Below, in pieces: positions 40,936 to 55,739 of a stretch of DNA of 64,000 nt. A program made the translations under genes and the position numbers. The stretch comes from the human T2T-CHM13v2.0 reference genome, Homo sapiens. The notes beneath the pieces were generated by a model. It had not been told where the DNA came from. It saw only the letters and a list, made by a program, of their open reading frames with translations, and made no database searches. The DNA lies in assembly GCF_009914755.1 (NCBI RefSeq), contig NC_060928.1; one strand, written 5' to 3'. Position 1 is the first letter of the stretch. Each line of letters starts with the position of its first letter.

Positions 40936-42261
40936 TCTTACATATAATGTATGTTGTGATATTCGAAGGAGATATAGATTAAAAATAATTTTCTCTTGGT
41001 ACACACATTTAACATCAGCGTTGCTCTACAAGGGTTTTAAAAGACATTTAAAGCCACCAACTAATTAGAAAATAAACCATTTACCTAAATTGATATCCAC
41101 ATACCACAATCGTGATGGGTCACAAAGCTAAGTAGAAAATTAATTCAACTGTCTAAATAATTCTTACGAAAGTGTATTATTCTTGTGTGCATACATTTAG
41201 ATATCATTTTGTTTTGATTTTTAACCTAAATAAATGTTTCAGTTTCTTTTCACTTGGTAAAGGATAAAATCTAGGGTTCTCCTACAAATCTGTGGGTCCA
41301 GAACCTCTCATTACAAGAAAGCAATGTGGATTCCTTATAGTTATAAGTAAAGGTAATAACACCGTTCTCATCTCTTCATTTTTCTTTGATGGTTTTACTT
41401 TGCAAAAAGTATAAAATGACACATTAGACTGAAATAAAATGTTCTGACTTCCTTAGAACCAACACTCAGGTCTTTTTTGATCAAGAATAAACTATTTTTA
41501 TCAGACTACCATTATATTTAAATACCTTTCAACTATTTACAAAATGACCTCACAAATTGTCCAAATATTTATACCTTTAATAACTTTAAATACTCCATGT
41601 ATTATAAATTAGATAATGAAAATTAAAGAGATTAGATGTAGAATAAATTAACATGCCTAATGATTTCTAAAGAGAAATGCTATTGCTCTTTTTATTAAAC
41701 TAGCTTATTTATTCCCTAAGAATTACTTAAAATTTGCCCAAAAATTGCTACCTGAAGTATAACCCATATTCTTTTGTGTTAAACCGTGTTTATTATTCTT
41801 CAGATGTATTTCTAAAAAACATGACATCAATTTTGCTGTGCTAAATAAGTATTGTATATTACACTTTTGGAAACACTTACAGACATAAAGCATTTCCAAC
41901 AGACAAGACATGTACAAATAATTTCCCCCAGATTTTTGTATAGTCATTTTAGAGCTTTTTAACAAGGGTAAGAACTTTGTTGATGAGATGTAAGCCTTTT
42001 TTCCCATTTGGGCATTAAAAATGATGGGATTTGGCAAATGGGAACCATATTTATGCAAAGAAAAGAACAGTAGCAGGACACCCTGGGGAAGTGAGTTCTG
42101 AGCTTGGTGCTCTCACTGACTAGTGGTGTGTACTTACTTAAACTTGACTTACTAAAATGGTATTTGGGACAATTGGCCTAGGTACTCTCTATAAGCCCAC
42201 AGTCTATTCTACTTCAGCAATTCTATATTTGCTTGTCGAATTCTACCTCTTAATTTCTAAC

Positions 42262-42780
42262 TCTTCATTCATCATGTACCAGGCACTGTACTAGATGCCT
42301 GAAAGATAAAGTTCCAGCCTTCAGGGCTCAAAGACTAAAGGGGGAAATGATACCCAAATCAATATTAAAACATCAATCTCATGATGAATGTCTGTACAGT
42401 GACATTCAAGCATAGACAAAGGAACAATGAACCACCACAGAAGAGGTATTGTCTGGGAGAGACTTCACAGAGATGTGGGAGTTTATTAGGCAGAGAAGGG
42501 GAAAGGACACGGCCAACAGGGACTGCATGTGAAAAGGACAGTGACTTCAAGGACCTGGAGGGTTGGCTGGGAGGACAAAAATTGTGGAGAAGGGAAAGGA
42601 GAGGGAGATGGAGAACCATGTGACAGGCCACTGAACTGTTCTCAAGCAGCTGGTACACAGATCAGATATGTATTTTGAAATACGAATTTGGAAAGCTAAC
42701 ACAAAGGCAAGGCTTCCAGAAGGCAATGAGGAGAGAGAACCTGAAGAGAGATGGTGGTGAGGCTGGATCTACCAAAAACA
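42262..42780 (-). mobile_element. L2 3' fragment
   Basis: ttcattcatcatgtaccaggcactgtactagatgc...ccagccttcagggctcaaagactaaagggg. Confidence 0.7.
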
Positions 42781-45129
42781 TTAAGTGGATGGTAACATTG
42801 TATCATTAACAGAAAGGAAACATGTATTTTATAAACACTGGTGATATTGGTACTAGTATCATTGTTCTGCTGGGAAAAATTGTCATCCTGACTTAGTCCT
42901 AGGTCCCAAGTATGGCTACCACATTTCCACACAGATAAAAGTTAAAATTGTACCTGTAGTCATGGCCTCATGGCCCACTTTCTCAGAAAATACTTTACTT
43001 TAGATATGCCGGAGTGTTTCACTCAATATTAACCTGAATCTCCCAATTTTTCTCCAAGAAACCATGAACGATAACCTAGACCTAGAAAATTGTGGGAGGG
43101 TAGTAAGGTGCTAATTGCTAACCTCTACCAGAAAGCAAGAATGTTACAATAAGAACCCCGATTCAGGTATTCCTTGATTTCTTGGGCTGATTTTTATCGG
43201 TGACATAGACTCCAGTGACCATTCTCTAATCCACTTCAGGCCTAAGCTATTTGCACTTGAATATATCATTCTTGCTCACAAAATATAATTTAGTGTTTTA
43301 GAATAAAATAGGACAGCTAAAGGAACGAGTTCATTTTCTTAAAAGCCCAAATGGTTTTAGGCAATTCTTAGGACACTGGGGAGATCTGCTCTGTTTTTTA
43401 TTTTATAATTCTAATCGACCCTCACCTTCATGTATTGTCTTTGGATAACATTGCTGTTTTATACATTCACTCGGAAACTTCTGAAGGAAATATTTTTATA
43501 CAGGTCATTTAAAAAATTCTCTGATCATACTGTATGCTGCTCTGTCAACCTCTGTTAAGTATAAAGTAAAATAAAACAAAACCTGGCTGGCTGCCCCACG
43601 CTCAATGCAACAATATGCCCAACCACAACACCCTTTTTTTTTTTTTTAACCTGTTTCTGAAGAAGTGACTTTAGCATCTGGAAACACCACTACTGTATCT
43701 GAACACTTTTATGTGCATGTATGAGATAATCGCTGCTGCAAGTTCAAGTTCATTACAGCCTCATTTCAAGTTCCACCTGGGAATTAAACTTAAATTGAGA
43801 CTGAAATGGGTTTTGTTATCCTTATTGTGCTGCTTAGAAAAAGATGCTTCATGGTGATAGGGAGAATGATTGCCATTGGAGCTGAAAACAGCATTTCAGA
43901 TAGTTCACCACATACACACACACAATAATATAAAAGTGAGATAATTCCAAAGACAGTCCAGAGGGTCCCATTTTTTTTTTCTTGTGAACTGACTTAATTG
44001 TGGGTATCTGATTGACTGGACTGGATCTACAACATTTATTTGAATATTTTCTGATCAATTGCTAAGACTAGTGCTATGCTTATAGGAGACTGGATAGTCA
44101 CAAAAGATTCCTATATCATGCTTAAATACATCCACTGACAGCTAATGGCATTGTTGGGCATCGAGTATTTGGGAGATGGAGATAACAATACACATAAGGG
44201 ACAGTTAATCTTTATTATGTACTGTCTGTAAGAGAAGAATAGATGAAAGTCTCTATATCTGTTAACTTATTCAGAATGATGTGTTCCACTCAGCTTGCGT
44301 GGCTGCTTTAAAATCAGTCAATTTCAACTATAATCATTCACTAAAGATTGCCTACTAAAAGATAAGAGTGGCCAGGTATGTACATGTGTATATGTTTGTG
44401 TGTGCATGTGTGTATGTTAGACTCCACTTACTTACTAGTTTGAAACTTCAAGATTCCTGATGTTAAGTCACTATTTTAATAATTTTTTTGTGGACCTACT
44501 TTGTGCACTTATAATTCCAAAGTAATACTAACTATGGAACTGATTGGCATGGAGAAAACAACCAAGAACACGCTTTTCAATAGTGTGATACATTAAAGTT
44601 TGATGGTTAAATAAAATACTATTAATGGTTTATTAATTAATAATGATAATCACTGATTTCTAACATGCACCACCTGAAAAGAGATGGAAACACTGAACTC
44701 ATTCTTGTCATTTATAGTGATTCACATGAATCTGAGGTACAGATGGACTTCAAACTTACGCAGAATAAGCTATGGTAAATATAATCATCTATCCCCAATT
44801 CATAAAGTAAAGCAGGTCATTGTCAAATAGGGAAGTTATTTCCTATTGTTTATCTGATTCTTATATGCACTTTAAAATTAGATAACTTTCATTACATTCT
44901 TAAAAATAGTACAAAAGTGAAATTAAGCAGATGTTTGAGTTAACTCAAAGGACTTTGATAGCTATGTCATATCCTAGGGCATCAGGATAAGTAATCATAA
45001 AGTGGTTAAATCTTAAGTGTTTTAAATAGCATTTGTTCAACATTATATAATCTTATTTAATTTTCTACTAAATGTTTTTTTTTTGTACAGAAAATTGTGT
45101 TCATGGAATATTAGAAGGATCCTTTAACA

Positions 45130-45624
45130 CAGCAGTCCCCACACTTTTTGGCACCAGGAACTGGTTTCATGGAAGACCATTTTTCCACTGACCTGGGGGT
45201 GGGGGCGATGGTTTAGGGATGATTCAAGTGTATTACATTTATTGTGTACTTTATTTCTATTACGTTGTGATATATAATAAAATAATTATACAACTCACCA
45301 CAATGTGGAATCAGTGACAGCCCTGAGCTTGTTTTCCTGCAACTAGATGGTCACATCTGGGGGTGATGGGAGACAGTGACAGATCATCAGGCATTAGATT
45401 TTCATAAGGAGCACGTAGCCTAGATTCCTCGCATGTGCAGTTTGTAATAGGGTTTGAGTTCCTATGAGAATCGAACGTCTGTGTTGATCTGACGGAAGGC
45501 AGAGCTCAGATTGTGGCTGTAAATACAGATGAAGCTTTGCTGGCTCACCCACTGTTCACCTCCTGCTGTGTGACCTGGTTCTTAACAGGCCACAGACCTG
45601 ATACCAGGGGGTTGGGAACCCCTG
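45130..45624 (+). mobile_element. MER1A (hAT-Charlie), complete with 8-bp TSD
   Basis: Termini cagcagtccccacac... and ...gttgggaacccctg. TSD ctttaaca (45122-45129) / ctttaacc (45625-45632). Confidence 0.9.
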
Positions 45625-48600
45625 CTTTAACCAAACCAAGACAGCAAAAACAAAAGAAATTAGTATTTGAATAGGCTGAGTTTGAAATATTTTCTTTTAT
45701 GTGAGAGAGGCTTGAACTCTCTAAACATTGCTACCTTAAGTAAATCTGACTTAAAAAGGAATTCAAGCTACAGAAGATAAGATATTCAGTTGTCTCCCTT
45801 TTCTGAATGCTAAACTTTCAGGGAAACCTTTGATTAGGGAATTAGGCACATTGGTTTATGTAACAGAGGCTATATAAATATAACAAGGTGTTGTGGTACC
45901 TGGAAACATTTAATCTCACTAATGAAGTAAGTGATAGGAACATGAAAAAAGTCAGCCTCAAGGACTTTTGATTCCCAGAACAACATAAGATTGAGGCCTC
46001 AGAAAGAAGCTACTTGTCAGATGTTTTGGTTGGTAACAAAGTGCCGAAAATATCTGGAAGCAGCTAAGCCTAAAAACACACACATATTTTACAAGGAAAT
46101 GAACAGCCTCAAGTGCTAAAATGGAAAATCTAAATCTACAAAGTGTTGATAACATTAATACTTGATGTCCATGGTGATAATAGGGTACATTCATTAACTT
46201 GGAGGTCTACTGTCCTCTAGTTGCCTTCGGGAATCTGAGCAATACTAGTGAAAAGAGTAAATTAGGGAGACACCAACTTTTGAGCTGCATTTTACAACTC
46301 AAATATACCTTGTCTCTTGTCCTGGTTGCTTGGGAACTCTGAAGGCTCTGATTAGCGAGTTTTCACCCTTCATCTGTGAACCACACATGGTTGAGAGGTC
46401 ATTTGTGCTAAATGCTAAGGAGACAAGTTTTCTTTTAAATTTTAGAGTATGGTACTGTTTGTGATGGCAGCGTACACATATTCCAGAAAGACAGGCACCA
46501 TGGAAGTAATTACATTGGGAGCATTGGGAGAAGATGGGAACATATAAATATCTCATCACACAAATCAAAAATTAGGAAATGTAGTAGCATATTTCACATG
46601 ATCTTTTGTAACAATAAATATTCCATTTTAATAGTATGTTAAAAAATCACTCATAAGCCTTTCCTTTCTGCAGTATTTTATCTGTTTATTTCACTCTAAA
46701 GTTACAGAAACGTAACGTATAATCAAGTTCCTTATTGGCTGCCTCTTAACATAATTTTTGTTATTCTTCCTCCTCAGTATTGGTTAGTGATGGAATGCGA
46801 GAATAAAGCTGAATTTATCTATTTTCACTTATGATTAAAAAAAGATAAATTCTAAGTAGGTATTTTAAAAGATAGTTTGACATATACACTCCCAGTGTTG
46901 GACTTGAAATTAAGAGGTCAGCTGGTATTGGTATGAACATTAACAAAGACCTACAGGCTAAACAAGAAATAGTTTAGCCTATTTCTAATTTGCCTGTGTA
47001 TAAAGATTATGGATATTCTCACATATTCACAGGCAAACAATGAAGGCACAAAATCCAGAACTGGTACTATTCTATTTTCTTGAACTATTCATGGTAAAAT
47101 TATATCAAAATTTGCTTTTTTACTCCTTAAAACTTTCTGCATATCCGTTACCTCTTTGTGTAGTGCCCATTCTGCTTATTAAACATTTCTAGAATCTACA
47201 GTGCCTACAATTTAGCAAAAATTTTATCTATCTATATAGCTATATCTACTATTCCTTAAGACCCAACTCAAATGCTTCAGGCAAAGAAAGCATCATAGGG
47301 TGTCAGCTTCCTCCTGTGAGCATGTATTGCACTTTCTGGATTCAACCAGATGGCATTCACAGCATGTAGCCTTGCATTTTCGCCATTTTGTATTTCTTGC
47401 CTCCCCTACTATACCGGAGTTAGCTTAGGGCAAAGAACATATTTTATCTACCTAATGTGCCATATACTAAAGAATCATATGTAAAAATACCATACAAGTC
47501 AAGATCCTCTAGGGGAACTAAGTGCTGTTCTCTCTAACAGTATCCTGTATTTGGGCCATGCAAATCCTAGTTACTCCATAAATAAATACATTATATCTTA
47601 GTAAATTTCAGAAGCTTATGATCACAATATTTAAATTGAGGGTAATCATTATTTGATATTTTATACTGATTTGACATTTTCATCAGATCATATTATTATA
47701 AAGCCTTGAAATTGAGGACTAATTCTGGTGTCTTGGACTCACTCAAATAAAAACAGCTCCTCATTTTCAAAAATCGTTTTAAAATACACAGCACAATATT
47801 ACTGTGCCATTATTTCTCAGATTGTGCTTGATTTTTTCTTTTTCCCTGAAAGTAACTTTGAGGAAGCAATTTCAGGTCCTCTGTTGTCTATTCCAAAAGC
47901 ATACAGTAGTACAAGAGACCACACGCTCTCCAGTTCAATATTACGTTTAAGGCACTGCAGAATTCATATACCACTCTCATATACCATTTAACACTTATGA
48001 AATACTCAGAAATGGGAAGGGTTCAAGACTTTTAAAAACAAAATAGGAAACTAAAAATTCTACTTTTCAGAAGTAATATTTTAAATGTCACTGCCAATTT
48101 TTAATCCAATATTAAAAACCTATTGAGGAGGATTCTTGGACAAAATCAACTTATTATCTGTTGTAAGATGTCTAGTTCTAATACAGTTTTCCCTATTTCT
48201 AAGAATAAAGGATTGAGATTGGGTTGAACAGTGATGGTGTTTACAACAATTGAGAGGTGGTCACAACTAAAATTGAAAATAATGAGAAAGATTATGTTTT
48301 CGTTTTACAGATTTCTCACCCAAATATAGTCTTGCCTGCTGCCATCTGATAAACTATAAAGCAGAAAAGTGCAGGCAGGTCAGAAATCACCTAAAAACCC
48401 AATCAATATGTTTGTGGAGGAGATAAGGGCTTATAAACCTGGATATTTAGTCACTTTTCTAGTTTTTCTTAAGGTCATTACTTTGTCAGAGAACATAACT
48501 TGATAAAGTAATCGACTTTTAATATTTATTGTCAATACATCCCAGTCATAGGCATCTAGCAAAACATGGTGACATTTCTAGAGTAAGCAATAACTTTTCA

Positions 48601-49919
48601 AAAATAAGAATCATCAATGTCTCCTGTGGGTGGAGGGTGTTCTTTCTTAAACTTACCTATCCGGTAATAATACCAGCTTAAAGTTCACTTTCTCCCTGTA
48701 GCCCCTGACAGTGCCCCATACTTTTCTTACGCCTCCTACTTGCCTAATCACTCCCTTATTTCTGTTTCCAAAAGCAGAAATTCTGTTTCCATTAAGTAGT
48801 TCGTACTTAATACCCTAAAAGACTTAATCTATCATCATGTATCTGTGTGTGATTCTCTCTCAGTAGATTCTGAGGTTTTTCATGAGAAGGAACACAACAT
48901 ATTCATATATGCATCTTCAATGCAAAGCATTGTGCTTGGTAAATAATATGCACTCAAAAATTGCTTACTTGTTTGATAAAAGAGAGTGTCCAGAACCTTA
49001 TACTCCTTATGGTATATGGATTCTGGCCTAGTGGAATAATAACCCAGAATAAAATAACATATTTTTGGAAGAAGCAACTCATAGTCAACTAAATCAACCA
49101 AGGTCAGCCTACATAGGCTCTAAAGCATTTTGGGGCAGTAGGTAGACCCTTGAGACATGGCTCCATTCTACCGATGGCATAACATATAGCTAGCTCAGGA
49201 CTGACATGCCAGTTCACTTTCCAATTCTGTACTCTGGGTGGATCTTCTTGAAGACAAGCTGGTTCTGGGTAACTACAACTATTTACTGGTATTCTGTTCC
49301 CTTTGACAGCATCGTGCTACTTAGTAGGAAACTCAAGTGAATTTGAACCAAGTTAAATTACCTACTTCAAGATTTTAGTCAAGATTTTGTGGTCTGGCTT
49401 AACTCAAGAATTAACCACAAATTAGTTATAGAATGGCTACTTGCTATACATACGTGACTGATTTTTGGTTTTGCACCTTTCACGATTTTTCAATGCAGGA
49501 ATCTCACCCTGCCCAGTGAAACTGCCCCATGGGATTTCTACTTTAAAAATTTATTTACTTATTTCTATAAGTGTTTGGTTGCAGAGCCCAAAACCATTTA
49601 TTAATTAGCTATCATTGGGTATAAGTATATCCTACCAAAAAACTCAGCCCCATTTCTTAAAGCACAGGAAATATATAATGCTCATTTAGGCCACCATTCT
49701 TACTTGATGCCTAGAGCCAATTAGAATAAAAATGTATTCATTTATATTTCATTGTACAGTATCAAGTACCCCAGAAAAACTCAGGAGAAACCTTGCTAGA
49801 TGACAATATATACCACAAAGGACTACAGTTTTAAATTTATTACACAGTGAGACAAAGTTCCTTTAAAAAGGTCATGCATTTTATGGATCCAGGAATAAAG
49901 AAATGAATGTAAATTTATC

Positions 49920-50225
49920 AGCCTAGGCTCTTGGAAACTAGGACTCAGAGTAAGAGGGCCTGGTTCCACCACGTCTTAGCTGTAAGGCCTTTTGCATGTC
50001 TTTTAACCCCTCTGTGGCTGTTTCTTGATTTTAAGACTTAATCCGTAGGTTAAAAATCCATGGAGTTAATCCACAAGTTAGAAGATTTAATTCACAGATA
50101 ACACCCTGCCTGTCTGGAGTCCATACCACCTACCCTGGCCAAGGGGTCTCAGGCATTAGAATTAGAGCAATTAATATCTGTAAAGTAGTTAGAAAAGTGC
50201 TTGATACTTAGTAAGCACTGTACAA
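49920..50225 (+). mobile_element. MIR (interrupted)
   Basis: ggctcttggaaactaggactc...cttagctgtaaggccttttgcatgtcttttaacccctctgtggctgtttc ... tgtaaagtagttagaaaagtgcttgatacttagtaagcact. Confidence 0.65.
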
Positions 50226-50399
50226 CTGGAAGGAAAAAGGGAAAACAGGCAGACATTTGCCTTATTTTACTCTGTGTTCTTCATATTGAATTTAGAACAT
50301 GGTATTTGATTTTGCTCGTAATTACTTATAAAGAGTATTAAAATGAAGACTGCATTGAGAAATGGTAGCAATATCTTTCAGGAAGAGCAGGAGTTGGAC

Positions 50400-50755
50400 C
50401 GACTTTCACATCTTAAAGGGAGTTTAAAAATTAAGCAGAACACAGAAACTGTATTCCAATATTTGACAGGCTGACCTAAGGAAGGTGATGGTTGATCCAG
50501 GCAGGTGAATGGATCAATAATTGGAAGTTATGGGTTAACAGATTTCAGCTTAACAAGAAGATAAGTTTTATAAATCATATAGCTGTCCAAAAATGGAATG
50601 GGTTGATACCCAAAGTAGCAAACTCCCTGCTACCATACATGTGCAAGTAAAGGTTAGCTGACAATCTGTCAGCGATGTTGTAAAAAGAATCCCTGCCTTA
50701 CTTGGCAGGGTCACTAGGTAATCTCCAAGGTCCTTTCCAAATGCTGCAGTCTTAA
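50400..50755 (+). mobile_element. L3/CR1 3' end
   Basis: agctgtccaaaaatggaatgggttg...ctgtcagcgatgttgtaa...ctaggtaatctccaaggtcctttccaa, matching the CR1/L3 terminus. Confidence 0.75.
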
Positions 50756-51214
50756 AATACCATTAGCAAAAAAAGTTACAAGTACATAGAAATGAAGGAG
50801 TTTGAAAATTGACTTTTAAGAGAATAACAATTAATGTGTAAACAAACATTTTATTCTGTTACCAAAAACTTGTGACATTTTATTACCCCATGAAAATAAA
50901 AAGCAAAGTATATAGTCTGACATATTTGGGAACAGTTAATTTACACCTATTCTTTTCTCAATTTGTCTTATTTTAATGAGATACACAAATGTTGGAATTT
51001 TAAAATTAATATTAAATTTAGTGGCTGAAAAGATAGCATAAGAATACACATATATCTCAGGAGTCACAACGATTGGGTCATTTGAATGAAAATGAGGTTT
51101 ATAAACATGATCAAATTAGATTTAAGCAAAAAGCATTTAAATAATTTTTATATATTGTATGTTCTAAATACAATATATAGCATGATATATTAATATAGAA
51201 AATATAAAATGTCA

Positions 51215-51255
51215 TATATAAATGCATATATGTACATATATACATATATATATGT

Positions 51256-51299
<44 letters not shown>
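51215..51299. repeat. Compound (TA)n(CA)n(TA)n microsatellite
   Basis: Seen directly. Confidence 0.95.
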
Positions 51300-51597
51300 C
51301 TGTAACTTTGGTCTCCAAAGCAAGTAAAAGTAATATGAAAAAATTCATTCCAATTTACTCTTCAATTTCAGTTACTTTATTTGGATCACAAGTCTTGCAA
51401 GTATGCTAAATTCATTTTGTCAAACAAAAGTGATTCTTTGAAATGACTTTAGTTAGACTATTTCCTCAAACACAGAGATCTAAGCTTGCTCTAGTAATTC
51501 TGTATAAAGTACTCAGAAAAGCATATCTCCTTGCAGTGGAATCAGTTCAGGCGCACCAAGGGAACATCCTACGGCATCCAGTGTGTCTGCTCTTGCC

Positions 51598-51680
51598 CAC
51601 CATCACACTATTACACCACCACATCATCATCACAGCACCACACCATCATCACAGCACCACACCATCACACCATCATACCA
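51598..51680. repeat. CAC/CAT-rich short tandem repeat (e.g. catcatcacagcaccacac x2)
   Basis: caccatcacactattacaccaccacatcatcatcacagcaccacaccatcatcacagcaccacaccatcacaccatcatacca. Confidence 0.85.
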
Positions 51681-51789
51681 GGGAGAATCACAGAGCTTTC
51701 ATATTAGATTCAAGGTGCAGAGTCTTCAGTTGAAAAATCTACCACAAAACTCAACTGAAGGGCTAGTATAAAGAACAATATCCAGATTA

Positions 51790-52179
<390 letters not shown>

Positions 52180-53362
52180 TTAACATAAGACACTGTGAAG
52201 TTCTGGACCAGAAGATACCTAGTTTGCCTTTCAACACTGATCCAACAGAAACACATATGTATAGACCTCAGGTACATATTCCAAAAGAAATGGGGAAATA
52301 TGTTAACTACACTTTCGTAGGCACTTCAATATAATTTTTGTTTAACGTTGAAATACTGAACCTTGAATTTAGATTTATTGGTTCCAATGGAGACATAAAG
52401 CTATACAAGGATAAAGATGCCAAAGCCTTCTTTTATATGTAAGAATGTTGATTCAACATTTATTTTTTGCAGGGATGTGGCAAAAATATCAGATTGCTGA
52501 GCATTTTCCTTAGAGGAGAAGTCAATATCTATGAGGAGTGCTGACTACTTACCTTGTAGCAACTTTCTTTCTTAGCTGCTGGTGGAAACAGTCCACATGA
52601 TCTGCCTGAACAGAAAGCCTACCTTTGTAGGGAAAAGAATGCCCTGCCTGACTGAAGACCCATACTATCCACCCTGCCCAGGAGCCCAAGCCATGAGAAT
52701 TAGAGAGGGAAGTTCACACATGCTTTTTACCTCGTCAGACCCTAAATGAATTAAAAAGCTTCTTTTTCTCTTCTAGTCCTCCACACACACAAGTCCAGAT
52801 TCTTCCAAGACTCTTTTAGTTTGTTTTTTCCTTGACTGTGATAAATTAAATTGAAATTTTGCTTCCATTTCAAACTCCAGAAGAAAATATGTTCAGAAAC
52901 ATATTGACAAAACATGCTAATACCATTTTAACATTTGGTTGGAGATAAAGCTATTCAAAGGGCAACTACTAAATTTAAAATTGAGCTCAAAATTTTAAAA
53001 ATATATACACATAAATTTATTTTCCCTAGTACTAGTATGCTGACATCCTAAAATCCCTAAGGCTTTTTAAAAAATGGGATATTTTTCATCTTCCTTTCAT
53101 CTTAGCACTAGTGCCAAGGTTATTAGTGTACTTTTGTTATTCAGGGGATGTGGGCAAAGATAGCAAAATACCCATAAAAATATTTATGAAAAAACTAAAT
53201 AAAGCATACTGCAAAGAAATGTGACTTTCTTTTACCTTGCCATAAATAGAAATGCAACAGAGTTTCCACTTTCCATTATGGTCTGAAATCATAACCTCTG
53301 TGGTGAAATTTTAATTTATAAACTAACTTTAAGGATTGCATAATGGAAGGTTATAACTGACT

Positions 53363-53554
53363 ACATGAATATCAAATGTATAATTTTCTGAAAATAGACT
53401 TATTTCAACCCCAAATAATGTCCCATGATTTAGAATTAATTTCTAATTATGTACAATTTCTGTGTACTATAATAATTCAACCTTCAAGACTAAATCCTTG
53501 CTACAACATTGTTGTACAGCAAAGTTATAATGGCTATTTTCTTCTGAAACATCA
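53363..53554 (+). repeat. Local direct duplication, copy 1 (192 bp)
   Basis: acatgaatatcaaatgtataattttctgaaaatagacttatttc...ttcttctgaaacatca recurs at 55422-55625. Confidence 0.95.
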
Positions 53555-54596
53555 AATCTTTTATTATTTAGTGTATCAAAAATCAGCTCAATTCTCTGTT
53601 CAGGAACCACATGATACATTAGCAGCTTTTAAGTTATTAACATACACAATAAAATTGTATGTATGTAGTCAAACCACAGAGGAAAAAAAGATGAAACTCA
53701 TCAAATGCTTGTTGGAATGTGGGCTTCCACAGTCTGTCAACCAGATGTTTCTCATGTGGTCAAGCTGAACCCATGGTAGGTCTACACAGTGGTCTCGGTT
53801 GCCATTTAACTTTATGACCAAGTAATACTTAACAGTATGTACCTTGAACATATGCATATGAGATGTTTGTTATATGAAAGATTTTTTTTAATGGCAACTA
53901 CAGATACTAGGAGTTTTCAATAAATCTATTTCAAGAGCAGCTGCTATAAAATTGGTTCATTCTTGTGAAGTGGAAGGCATTTTTCCCTTTTTTTCTGGCA
54001 AAAATAATATATCTTGACAGCTCTAATATGTCTTTTTCTCACTTTTGTTCTAGTCTATTTTCTTCAATAGAAAAAATCTTTAGCACAAAATCAAATAAAA
54101 CTATTAGTGTTATAAAATTCTGTGAATTTATGTTATAAAATTAAATTATGAAACAAAACTGAACAAAAGATGACAACTATTGTATTTCTATTTTCAAAAA
54201 CAAAAGAACAGTCAAAGTGATTTGAAAACTCTAAAGCATATAATAAATATAATGGCACGATTTTCTCAAATAGTTGAGAAAACAGACATCATTTTGAAAA
54301 CACACAAATTCAGATGTAAGAAAACAGATATTTTGCAGTTTGAAAAAATTTAGTATTTTCAGCTTGTATTGAAGGCTGCTAAGAGTAAATTTAGGAAGAG
54401 TCTTGAGTATAGGATATAGTGAATAGTTTATGTGATTTTATTGTTATTTAAGTATTTACACCCTGCCATGTTTCAAAAAGAATTTAAGGCAGTTTACATT
54501 GATACATCAAATTCAGTAAGATATCAGGAATAAAAAGTGAGAAAGAAACAGTAAGTGCAAGAGTAATGTCATAAAATGGAGTTAAGAATGAGGCCA

Positions 54597-54621
54597 ACAC
54601 ACACACACACACACACACACA
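54597..54621. repeat. (CA)n microsatellite
   Basis: Seen directly. Confidence 0.95.
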
Positions 54622-55169
54622 TACATAGTGAAAGCCTATTAAAGAATGCTATACATTTGAAGTAGATGAATCACAAAATTGGCCCTGAGCTTTTTAGTAG
54701 TCTCTACAAAAAGGAAACTACAAAATTAAAGCCCACATGTACAAATACAATCACACATCGCCCCACCCCAGACAAACACATATGCACATATGCCCCTGTT
54801 TTGTTGTAGGGAATCATTCATTAGCTGAATGTTAATACTCTGGGAATGACTGCACAGAATACTCACAAAGAGGGAACTTTACAGAGGAATAAAAAATGTC
54901 TGACAACATGGATGCACCTGGAAAATGTTATGCTAAATGAAAGAGAGCATTCACAAAAGACCACGAATTGTATAAATCTATTTATATGCAATGTCCAGAT
55001 GAGGCAAACCTAGTGGTTTCCAAGGGCTGGGGGGATGGCATTTGGGGAGACACTGGTAATGGAAATGGGGTTTCATTTAGGAGTGCTGAACAGGTACTAA
55101 AATTATTGTAGTGACAGGTGTACAACTCTGTCAATATACTAAAAACTACTGCATTGTACCCTATAATAT

Positions 55170-55420
55170 GTTCACTAGTTTATTATAAAGGTATTACAAA
55201 TAATACAGATGAAGAGATGTGTGGGGTGAGGTATAAGGGAAGGGATACGGAGCTTCCATGCACTCCCTGGGTGCACTGCCCTCCAGGAACCTTCATGTGT
55301 TCAGCTATCTGGAAACTATCTGAACCCAGTTCTCTTGGATTTTTGGGAAGCTTCATGATATTAGCATTCCTTTCCCCCAAGAGTGTAGAGCACCACCCTC
55401 TCTGGGAAGAGTCTCATGAT
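55170..55420 (-). mobile_element. MER21-like ERV LTR fragment
   Basis: agtttattataaaggtattacaaataatacagatgaagagatg...ggagcttccatg...ccctccaggaaccttcatgtgttcagctatctggaa. Confidence 0.7.
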
Positions 55421-55421
55421 C

Positions 55422-55625
55422 ACATGAATATCAAATGTATAATTTTCTGAAAATAGACTTATTTCAACCCCAAATAATGCCCCATGATTTAGAATTAATT
55501 TCTAATTATGAACAATGTCTATGTAATATAATAATTCAACCTTCAAGACTAAATCCTTGTTACAACATTGTTGTAAGGCAAAGTTATAAGTAATCACATA
55601 ATCTCTATTTTCTTCTGAAACATCA
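55422..55625 (+). repeat. Local direct duplication, copy 2 (204 bp)
   Basis: About 10 substitutions plus a 12-bp insertion relative to 53363-53554 (manual count). Confidence 0.95.
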
Positions 55626-55739
55626 CATTCTACAGTCTACACAAAACACTTTAAATGGGTGGGTGTTATAGTCTGGTAAGTACATGTGAATTGTATCTCA
55701 AAAAAGATGTTAAAAATGTAACAATATCCTTACACTAGA

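Larger units (their letters stand above)
54885..55715 (+). mobile_element. L1MB-type 3' end, split into ~54885-55159 and ~55645-55715
   Basis: acaacatggatgcacctggaaaatgttatgctaaatgaaag...caatatactaaaaactactgcattgtac | acactttaaatgggtg...gtgaattgtatctcaaaaaagatgttaaaaa. Confidence 0.8.

Noticed and set aside
51443-51771. His-rich ORFs
   Set aside because: Produced by the CAC/CAT tandem repeat; no splice or coding context.
53376-53768. 130-aa + strand ORF overlapping the duplicated unit
   Set aside because: AT-rich, no recognisable domain, antisense within an intron. The duplicate copy does not give a comparable ORF in the track.
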